Shown here: positions 7,952-16,200 of the stretch, piece after piece
How positions within the stretch are numbered: position 1 is the stretch's first letter
Layout: each line of letters opens with the position of its first letter
Assembly: GCA_038063255.1 (NCBI GenBank)
Contig: JBBTVL010000015.1
Span: 1 to 42,688, forward strand
Direction of reading: 5' to 3'
Length of the DNA stretch: 42,688 bases
Origin: Patescibacteria group bacterium
GTDB taxonomy: Bacteria; Patescibacteriota; Minisyncoccia; Phycocordibacterales; VMEP01
Translations under genes and position numbers: made by a program
Notes under the pieces: model-generated
What the model was told of the DNA's origin: nothing
The model's database searches: none
What the model saw: the letters and a program-made list of their open reading frames with translations, nothing else

Positions 7952-8817
7952 AAATCTTAATTCTGTACATGCCAGTGCTCCACAAGGGCTACCTTGATCT
8001 CTTCGACCGCGTGAAGCCGGAAGTAATCGCGCTTCTCACGGAAGAAGTGCTTCGGGATCTGCCTGAAGGACTCTCCTACATCGCTAAGAAGGATTCGATT
8101 CGTGCAGTGCCTTCCAAAGAGATGTGGGTGGCGGTTTCATCGTTGTTTTCTTCGCAAGAAGTCACTGTAATGCGCGCTACGGTTGCCGATATTTCCTCGC
8201 TTGGTGGAAATTCTCATCAGATACTCATGCCCGACGAGGACGTCAGTCTGTCGGTGGCGGAGAAGTATTTCGGTGTAGGAAGGGTAACATTTGTCACCCC
8301 GCCGTCACGACTTCGCTATCACCGGAATAACGTCGAGGAAAAGAAACTTCTGGTGCCCGACCGCCGTCTCCCGCTCAGTAATCTTGACCGAGAAATGATG
8401 GCCATTGTGGGCAAAGCTTCCGAGCGGAGTCCGGACTGGTGGCGGCAGGTGGGCGGCGTGCTCGTTACCCCGGATGGCCGCAGTATCGTCGCCTACAACG
8501 AGCATCAGCCGCACGAACAGATCGCGGCAACTCTCGGCGATCCGCGCAGCATTTTCAAAAGCGGGGTGCGAACGGATCTTTCAAATGCCGAGCACGTGGA
8601 GCGCATAGTCATTGGCGAAGCCGCGCGGCAGAAGATCGGAACCGACAACTCGATTTTGTACCTCACGACGTTCCCATGTCTTCCGTGCGCCCATCTTATG
8701 GCTCGCGCTGGCGTAAAACGCCTTTTCTACCGCGACCCATCGTATGGACTTCTCGACGCCGACGAGTTCCTTCGTGGCAAGGAAATAGAGCTCATCGAAG
8801 TCTCTGATGGAACATGA
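7948..8817 (+). CDS. Fusion protein: unknown ~140-aa N-domain plus dCMP/cytidine-deaminase-fold domain
   Basis: C-terminal half has the zinc motifs HVE (in NAEHVERIVIGEA) and PCLPC, plus VGGVLV..DG..V..NE. The N-terminal half was not recognised. Confidence 0.7.
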   Translation: MKILILYMPVLHKGYLDLFDRVKPEVIALLTEEVLRDLPEGLSYIAKKDSIRAVPSKEMWVAVSSLFSSQEVTVMRATVADISSLGGNSHQILMPDEDVSLSVAEKYFGVGRVTFVTPPSRLRYHRNNVEEKKLLVPDRRLPLSNLDREMMAIVGKASERSPDWWRQVGGVLVTPDGRSIVAYNEHQPHEQIAATLGDPRSIFKSGVRTDLSNAEHVERIVIGEAARQKIGTDNSILYLTTFPCLPCAHLMARAGVKRLFYRDPSYGLLDADEFLRGKEIELIEVSDGT

Positions 8818-8887
8818 TTCAAGCGGCCTTAGCGGGTCGCTTTTTTTTGCATAAAAAAATCCCCCGGTTGGTTTCCGGGAGATGAAT

Positions 8888-9352
8888 CTATTTCGCTTTG
8901 TAGCCGAGCTTGACGCGGAGTGCTTCACCTTCTTTCCCGCCGCCGAAAATGAGTTGGGCATGGAAGTGGGAGATGGAAGCACCAGTGAAGTCGGTGTCGC
9001 CGAAGCGGAAGAAGAATCCGCCCGCAGGCAACCTATACTCTTCAATAGCCCATTCGATGAGCACCCCGAGGTCCTGCCATGCTTCCGGTGGTAAGTTGGG
9101 AAAGAGCACATGTCTTTCTTCGTCGAAGAATTTACTGACTATGAGGAAGTGCTTTTCAGCCCCCTCATATTTCGGGAAGCTTTCAGTGAAAGCCCAGTGC
9201 TCGGTTTCCTTGATGACGGGGTTGGGGTGATAGGTCGGCGACTTCCCTTGGCAAAAGTCAACGCAGAAGGAACACACCCTATCTCCCTGTATCCGCTCGT
9301 ACAACCTTCGCTGCTCTTCCGTGCGCGCATGGCGCATGTTCACTTCTGGCAT
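8888..9352 (-). CDS. HIT-superfamily protein, GalT/Apa branch (HxHxQ) single-repeat
   Basis: 154 aa with ISHFHAQLIF (H-x-H-x-Q rather than HxHxH) and an N-terminal CSFC. AAGGAGG lies 4 nt upstream and overlaps the stop of the upstream TS-fold gene. Confidence 0.6.
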   Translation of the reverse strand: MPEVNMRHARTEEQRRLYERIQGDRVCSFCVDFCQGKSPTYHPNPVIKETEHWAFTESFPKYEGAEKHFLIVSKFFDEERHVLFPNLPPEAWQDLGVLIEWAIEEYRLPAGGFFFRFGDTDFTGASISHFHAQLIFGGGKEGEALRVKLGYKAK

Positions 9353-9361
9353 AGCGCCTCC

Positions 9362-10276
9362 TTATGGGCTGACCGGAATGTCTTTTATTGCCGGATACGG
9401 ATGGTAATTCGCGACCTCAAAGTGCTCCTTGCGGAACGCGAAGAAGTCATCCGGCGGGTTTTTGAGCGTCACGGTCGGGAATGGCCGCGGCTCGCGAGAG
9501 ATTATTTCTTCAAGCACTCCCCTTTGGTTCTCGTAGTAATGAGCGTTGAGATATACGATGCTCATCTTTCCTGGTTCGTACCCAAGGACATGACAAAACG
9601 CGAGCCAAAATGCGGAAAACATCAGTCGATCGTGCGCTTCTCCGACGACCATGTCGGCTGAGCGCATCACCATCTCGAGATGAAGTTTCCCATCGAGGAC
9701 GAAGATGTTGATCACCGTGCCCCAACAGGGGACTGTCACCACCATTTGACGCTTGCCTTTCCCTCGGAAAATTCCCGGAGGGTAGAGCGTGGTCATAGTG
9801 TGGGTTTTCAAATGGGGCAGTTCCCGAACTTGGTCGATGACAGCCTGGATCTGGTTGAACATCGTTCCATCATGGGCGGGGAAGTCATGCAGGACTACGT
9901 AGCTCGCCGGCCCTAGATCTCCCTGCGCCAGACCGCGCTTTTCGCACTTCCTCGGATCCTCGAACGTTGAGTTCCAGAATGGGACTTGCCAGTCCCGATT
10001 GAGTTCGTTGTTCATCCGCACGCCATTAGCGAGCGCGAACCCTTCATTGATGCTCGCCTTGCCGATTTGCCGGCAGGTTTCCATGGGGCAACCGTTCTTG
10101 ATGTCATAGACATGCGAAATGGCGAATGGCAGACTGTACGTCGCCCGTTCGGTTTCCCCGGCTTTCTTGCTTTGCTGGGTTTCCGAACGGATGCCTTCGC
10201 GAAGAAGGCGTATGCACAGACTGCGAAATTGCATATCTGGCACCCGTTCTTTATACATCAAGTATGCAATGTTCAT
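9362..10276 (-). CDS. Thymidylate-synthase-fold enzyme, divergent (deoxycytidylate hydroxymethylase/methylase-like)
   Basis: 304 aa. GDLGP, VPCW (nucleophile Cys), DGKLHLEMVMRSADMVVG, NAHYY and ISREPRPFP align by eye with ThyA. Asp sits at the ThyA Asn177 position. Confidence 0.75.
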   Translation of the reverse strand: MNIAYLMYKERVPDMQFRSLCIRLLREGIRSETQQSKKAGETERATYSLPFAISHVYDIKNGCPMETCRQIGKASINEGFALANGVRMNNELNRDWQVPFWNSTFEDPRKCEKRGLAQGDLGPASYVVLHDFPAHDGTMFNQIQAVIDQVRELPHLKTHTMTTLYPPGIFRGKGKRQMVVTVPCWGTVINIFVLDGKLHLEMVMRSADMVVGEAHDRLMFSAFWLAFCHVLGYEPGKMSIVYLNAHYYENQRGVLEEIISREPRPFPTVTLKNPPDDFFAFRKEHFEVANYHPYPAIKDIPVSP

Positions 10277-10368
10277 TTTTTTTCCTCTCGAAATATTGTG
10301 AATGTGCTACGCTGGCATCAAGCTACGCTTTTTGGTACCCGATGTCAATGCCGTGTTAGAATTCGCCT

Positions 10369-11913
10369 ATGATGAGAGAGACTATTAAGGATGCGCTTAA
10401 AGGAGCGGTTCCGCATGTGATGCCCGAAGTGATGTTTTCGGAGGGGAATAAAAACGGTCACCTCACTACTAATTGCGCTCTTATATCAGCAAAAGTAACG
10501 GGGATATCGCCACTCGAATTGGCAGAGAAGATAAAGGGGGAGATTGAACCGAAGCTTAAGGGTGTTATTGAACGCATTGAAATTGCCGGCCCCGGTTTCA
10601 TCAATTTTTTTCTGAAAGACGAAGCGATTATAAATGAACTTAAAGAAGTTGAGAAAAAAATAAAAAAAGGATTTGATTTTAGAAAGGGGGAGAAAATAAA
10701 TATTGAATTTATTTCCGCCAATCCGACCGGCGAACTTCACATCGGCCACGGCCGAGGCGCTTTTTACGGCGACACAATCGCAAACATCTTGGAATTTTCG
10801 GGCGCCAAAGTAACGCGCGAATACTATATAAACGATTCTCGCGAGAGCAATCAGATAAAAGAACTTGGTAAAACCGCCCTTGGAATGGGGGAGACATATC
10901 TTACCGAAAAATTAAAAAAACAAATTTCAAAACTTAAAATAGGGTTAAGTGATGCTGGCGAAGCGGGATTTAAATTGGCTCTAGTTATACAAAAAGACAA
11001 CAAAGAATTTATAGAAAAGAAACTCGGCATAAGATTTGACGAGTGGTATTCAGAAGATGAAAAATTACGTGCGTCAAAACTCAACGACCGCACATTTCTT
11101 GCTCTTAAAATGAAAGAGTTAGTTTATGAAAAAGATGGGGCTATGTGGCTTAAAACTTTAGAATATGGCGATGATGAAGACAGGGTTGTAGTACGTTCCG
11201 ATGGAACGAACAGTTATTTTCTTTCCGATATTTCTTATCATAGTGAAAAATTCTTGCGTGGTTATGACGTAGTGATTAATGTTTGGGGGGCGGACCACCA
11301 TGGGCATGTAAAACGAATGGAGGCAGTGAAGAAAATGCTCGGATGGAAGGGGGATTTAAAAATTTTTATTACGCAATTGGTTTCGCTTAAAGATGGCAAG
11401 ATGTCGAAGCGTGCGGGTAATGTAATTTTACTTAGAGATTTAGTTAATGAATTTGGCCTTGACGTAGTTCGATGGTTCTTTAGTGAAAAAGCGCTGACCA
11501 CTCACATGGAATTTGATGCTGTGCGTGCTAAAGAACAATCAGAAAAAAATCCCGTATTTTATGTGCAGTATGCTCATGCTCGCATGAATTCTATTTTAGA
11601 AAAAGCCAAAGATTTTAAAAAAGATAACACTACAATCTTGGAAGTGGTGAAAATTCCATCCGCTCGCGCCCTCGCGTTAAAATTGGCTCAACTGGAAGAA
11701 ATTATTGAATCAATTGTGGAAGAATATCAAGTACAAAAATTAACCACTTATGCATATGAACTTGCTACCGTTTTTTCACAATTTTATCGCGACGTGCGAG
11801 TGATAGAAGAAACTTCTTATAACAACGGCGCCCTTGAAATGATTGAAACGACAAAAAATGTTTTGGCAAAATCCCTCTCGCTTCTTGGAATTTCCGCGCC
11901 AAATAAAATGTGA
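10369..11913 (+). CDS. argS: Arginine--tRNA ligase
   Basis: 514 aa with SANPTGELHIGHGRG (HIGH) and GKMSKRAGN. Confidence 0.9.
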   Translation: MMRETIKDALKGAVPHVMPEVMFSEGNKNGHLTTNCALISAKVTGISPLELAEKIKGEIEPKLKGVIERIEIAGPGFINFFLKDEAIINELKEVEKKIKKGFDFRKGEKINIEFISANPTGELHIGHGRGAFYGDTIANILEFSGAKVTREYYINDSRESNQIKELGKTALGMGETYLTEKLKKQISKLKIGLSDAGEAGFKLALVIQKDNKEFIEKKLGIRFDEWYSEDEKLRASKLNDRTFLALKMKELVYEKDGAMWLKTLEYGDDEDRVVVRSDGTNSYFLSDISYHSEKFLRGYDVVINVWGADHHGHVKRMEAVKKMLGWKGDLKIFITQLVSLKDGKMSKRAGNVILLRDLVNEFGLDVVRWFFSEKALTTHMEFDAVRAKEQSEKNPVFYVQYAHARMNSILEKAKDFKKDNTTILEVVKIPSARALALKLAQLEEIIESIVEEYQVQKLTTYAYELATVFSQFYRDVRVIEETSYNNGALEMIETTKNVLAKSLSLLGISAPNKM

Positions 11914-12068
11914 AGTGTGTGCAGGTGAACCCGCATAAATACCCCATAGGACTCTCCTATGGGGCTCCTAATGAGGGTGTTTTACTTTCTTTAATTGACT
12001 TTTACCAGGGTTGACATAATGTTCTCAGTTTGAGAGTCTTTCGGTAGATGGCTCCTAAGGAGGAATTT

Positions 12069-12422
12069 ATGCAACAAACCATTAATCCGAATAATGTAAT
12101 CGTTTTCGGCTCCGCGTCTGTTGTCATCAACCTGCTGTTTCTCGCCCTTGCCGTCCGTGGCGAGCTGAAGGGTAAAACTCCCCAAGAGATACTCCAGCAA
12201 CAAACACCCCGCTGTGTTTCAGCTTTTCTGGGGTTGCTCGTCGCGTGCTATGCATACGCCTACGCCCCGCTCCTTTTTGCGATACACCCTCCGATTGCAA
12301 TTGAATTCGGCCGTTGGGTCATTGGGCTTGCGACTGGCGCAATCGTAACATGTAGTGCGCTCTACCTATTCCATCTTGGCGGTTACTTCAAGGAGTTACT
12401 AAGACGGTCTTTCCTCCGGTAG
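12069..12422 (+). CDS. Hypothetical small membrane protein (G+C-rich patch)
   Basis: AAGGAGG 5 nt upstream of ATG 12069. About 3-4 hydrophobic segments. A terminator-like hairpin follows. Confidence 0.5.
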   Translation: MQQTINPNNVIVFGSASVVINLLFLALAVRGELKGKTPQEILQQQTPRCVSAFLGLLVACYAYAYAPLLFAIHPPIAIEFGRWVIGLATGAIVTCSALYLFHLGGYFKELLRRSFLR

Positions 12423-12585
12423 AGCGATTCAAAGAATTTGCTGGACGGTGATTTTTTCGCAATATAGCGCTGTGCCCGATGTGGTACGGCGCTTTTTCCT
12501 TGTATTTCGAAAAATAGAGTGCTACACTCTCTTTCATCTGGAATGGGTCCAGATTTTTTATTTCCAAAAACAGTTCTTTCAGGGG

Positions 12586-12960
12586 ATGAAATTGACAAAA
12601 GCCACAGAAGTGAAAAAGCCTCTCTCTGAAGAGGCCATCAGGCAGGTTCGTTCAGCCCTCACTCTTCCGGAACATGTTCGCGAGATGGTAGAGGACAGCG
12701 AAATCCATCTTTTTGCCGAGTCCCTCTGGCATTGGTGGCAGCATATGAAGACATTCAATCGGTACATGGTTTCCATATGCGACAAGTACTGGCACCCCGC
12801 GCCAATTCCGGTGGCGGAGTGTCCGGAAAAACTTTTGCTCTGGGTCGTGCGCCAGCTCGGGCAAGGGCGGAAGATTGTCGCTGTCGGCCACAAAAACAAG
12901 ACGGTGGAGGCCAGAATCTTCGAGTGGTTTTCCTACTTCGCTCCCGTCCCCGCCGTCTAG
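12586..12960 (+). CDS. Hypothetical protein (124 aa, G+C-rich patch)
   Basis: First ATG in the ORF-track ORF 12448-12960. The upstream part overlaps the previous gene's terminator. Trp-rich, no domain recognised. Confidence 0.45.
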   Translation: MKLTKATEVKKPLSEEAIRQVRSALTLPEHVREMVEDSEIHLFAESLWHWWQHMKTFNRYMVSICDKYWHPAPIPVAECPEKLLLWVVRQLGQGRKIVAVGHKNKTVEARIFEWFSYFAPVPAV

Positions 12961-13046
12961 AACGGTCCGTCCGCGCAAGCGGACGCAAAATCGCTCCGTG
13001 CTTCTGTACTTGGGCGGTTTTTTTATTTAATAAGTGCGTCTGTATT

Positions 13047-13154
13047 AATTTACCCGCCTAAATTTGTGTAATTTTTAGTAGAGCGATTAGAAAAATTTTG
13101 TGTGGTAAACTCAATACATTACTCGATTTCTAGTAAAAATTTAGGTGGGTAAAT
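13047..13154 (+). repeat. Long imperfect hairpin element upstream of the ileS leader
   Basis: atttacccgcctaaattt (13047-13064) pairs with aaatttaggtgggtaaat (13137-13154), 17/18. Confidence 0.5.
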
Positions 13155-13163
13155 AGTATGAAT

Positions 13164-13286
13164 CCCGTTAGAAGCCGCGGTCACGGTTTAAATAGGAGCT
13201 TAAAACAATTATGAATCACGATCGTGTTATTATTTACAAAAATAACTTTGCAAGGCGCGGGCTGACCGCGACCTGCTTCTAACGGG
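13164..13286 (+). repeat. Start-codon-abutting leader hairpin (ileS copy)
   Basis: CCCGTTAGAAGC (13164-13175) pairs with GCTTCTAACGGG (13275-13286), with a second helix CGCGGTC/GACCGCG. ATG at 13287. Confidence 0.7.
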
Positions 13287-16200
13287 ATGAAACTAGAGGA
13301 AGAAATACTAAAATTTTGGCAAGAAAAGGGGATATTCAAAAAAACTTTAACTGAAAGGGCTTCCGGTAAAAAATTCGTATTTTACGACGGACCGCCCTTT
13401 GCTACCGGACTCCCTCATTACGGGCATATTTTGGCCGGAACTATCAAGGATGTCATTCCGCGCTATCAAACCATGCGCGGGCGATTTGTGCGCCGAGAGT
13501 GGGGCTGGGATTGTCATGGGCTTCCGCTTGAAAATATTATTGAAGAAGAACTAGGGCTCAAGCATAAGAAAGATATAGAAAAATTCGGCATTGAGAATTT
13601 TAATGATGCCGCCTCGCGCGCAGTACTTCGTTATGAAAATGACTGGAAAAAAATAATTCCTAAAACCGGGCGTTTCGTGGATATGGAGAATCCCTACAAA
13701 ACAATGGACGCCACATACACGGAATCCGTCTGGTGGTCCTTCAAAACTCTTTATGACAAAGGGCTGATATACGAAGGGCATAAAATAATGCTGGTGTGTC
13801 CGCGCTGTGAGACCACTCTTGCTCAGAGTGAAGTCGCTTTGGGCGGGTACCACGATGTTACTGATATTTCGGTGATAGTGAAATTTGAACTTATTGATGA
13901 GCCAGGAACATTTCTTTTGGCGTGGACGACGACACCGTGGACATTGCCTGGGAACACAGCCCTTGCGGTAAACAAGAATGTTGAATATGTAAAAGTCAGT
14001 ATCAAAAATTATCAGAATGTTCCTGATGGAATATATATATTTTCTAAAAAAGATTACGAAGATTATAAAAAAGAAATTGACAACGAAAAAAATAGAGAGA
14101 TAAAAACAAAGGTTGATATTTTAAAAACTTTCAAGGGAAGCGAACTTGTTGGTAAATCTTATATTCCTCCGTTTGATTATTTTTATAAAGATGAAAAAAT
14201 AAAAAATCACAAAAACGGATGGAAAGTTTATCATGCTGATTTTGTTACGACGGAAACCGGAACCGGAATCGCCCATGAGGCGCCGGCCTTCGGCGAAGAC
14301 GATATGCAACTCGCGCTCAAAAACAACATTCCCATTGTTCAGCATGTAGGAATGGATGGCAAAATGAAAAACGAAGTCAAAGATTTTCGCGGTTTATATG
14401 TAAAACAAAAGGGCGATACTCAGTCAACCGACATTGAAATTGTAAAATATCTCGCCCAAAAAGAACTTCTCTTTGCCAAAGAAAAAGTGGTGCACCCATA
14501 TCCTCTCTGCTGGCGCTGCGACACGCCGCTTTTAAACTATGCAACAAATTCATGGTTTGTTAAAGTAACGGATTTTAAGGACAAGCTGATAAGAGAAAAC
14601 AAAAAAATCGTCTGGGTGCCAGCGCACATGCGAGATGGCCGTTTCGGTAAATGGCTCGAAGCGGCCAAGGATTGGGCGATTTCGCGAACTCGTTTTTGGG
14701 GCGCACCCCTTCCGGTCTGGCGCTGTGAAAAATGTAAAAAAATTGAAATTATTGGAAGTTTAGGTGAACTTCAGAAATCAATACCTAAAAGCGGAAATAA
14801 ATATTTTGTTATGCGACATGGGCAAGCTGAGAGCAATATTTCTGGTACTAACGATTCCACAGGCAACCCGAATAATCATCTAACCGAGAATGGGCGAGAA
14901 AGTATACGGCGTTTTGCTAAAGAATTTTCTAAAAAAGGGATAACTCGTATTATGACTTCACCGTTCGCTCGTGCTAAGGAAAGCGCAGAAGTTATCGCAC
15001 ACGAACTTGGACTCCCGGAACAAAATATCTTGTCCGACCAACGATTGATTGAATTTAATCACGGCTCCGACCGTCAGGGTAAAAAAATAAGTAACAATAA
15101 TCCAGAACCATTTAATGAAAATGATCTTTATATTCGCCATGATGACGGTGAGAGCCACGCAGAGGTTAGATCACGGGTAGTTTCGGTGATATTTGATATG
15201 GAAAAAACCTATAAAAATGAGACGATACTTATTGTTACCCATGGTTCTCCAATGTGGATGCTTATCACCGGGGCTTTAGGTATGAGTGACAAGGAAACAA
15301 TAAAATATCAGGAAGAACGCAAAAAAGACAATGGGGACTATTTTATTTCAAACGGCCAGATTGAGAAAATTGACTTTGTCCCGTTTCCCCATAACAAAGA
15401 GTACGAACTTGATTTTCACCGCCCGTATATAGACGAAGTGAAGCTATCTTGCACTTGCGGTGGAGAGATGGAGCGCATCAAAGATGTCTTTGACTGCTGG
15501 TTTGAATCTGGCTCCATGCCCTACGGGCAATTTCATTATCCTTTTGAGAACAAAAAAGTTTTTAAAGAAAATTTTCCCGCCGATTTCATCGCCGAAGGAC
15601 TGGATCAAACCCGCGGATGGTTTTACAGCATGATGGTACTTGGCGTTGCGCTTTTCGGCGAGACGCCGTTTAAGAATGTTATCGTGAATGGCCTTATTTT
15701 GGGCGAAGACGGCCAGAAGATGGCCAAAAAACTTAAGAATTATCCGGATGTGACGGAGTTGATTGAAAAATACGGCGCTGATGCGCTCCGTTATTATTTT
15801 CTCTCGTTACCGGTAATGCGCGGAGAAGACATTGCTTTCTCGGAAAAGGGAATTAGTGATGTCTATAAGAAGATTATATTACGGCTCCTTAATGTCTATA
15901 GTTTCTACAAAATGTATGCCCATGAACTTCGTTTTGAGGACTCGTTCAAGAAGAGCAAAAATGTACTGGACCAATGGATATTGTCGCGCCTTTCAGAATT
16001 ATCTATAGAGATGACGCGCGGAATGGATGCTTACGAGCTTGATGTTGCTGTGCGCGGAATTGAAAAATTTGTTGACGATTTTTCCACCTGGTACTTGCGC
16101 CGCTCCAGAGAAAGAGTGAAGGGAGATGATAAAGAGGACAAAGAAATGTCACTTTCGACCATCCGTTTTGTCCTTTTTGAATTTTCCAAATTAATCGCTC

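Noticed and set aside
12652-13061. Three overlapping alternative-frame ORFs (108, 109 and 77 aa) in the 12.6-13.1 kb patch
   Set aside because: They are Arg/Pro/Gly-rich shadow frames of the 12586-12960 gene and run into terminator and spacer sequence.
13164-13286. ileS leader as a T-box riboswitch
   Set aside because: I found no T-box consensus (no AGAGA/GNUGGUACCGCG-type box, no specifier/antiterminator layout). The same architecture also precedes non-aaRS genes (nusG, rpsF, efp).
14799-15390. IleRS insertion as an intein or a frameshifted separate gene
   Set aside because: There are no intein splice-junction motifs (no N-terminal Cys/Ser block, no HN-Cys/Ser/Thr end). The reading frame is continuous, with synthetase motifs intact on both sides. 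Misassembly cannot be excluded without reads.
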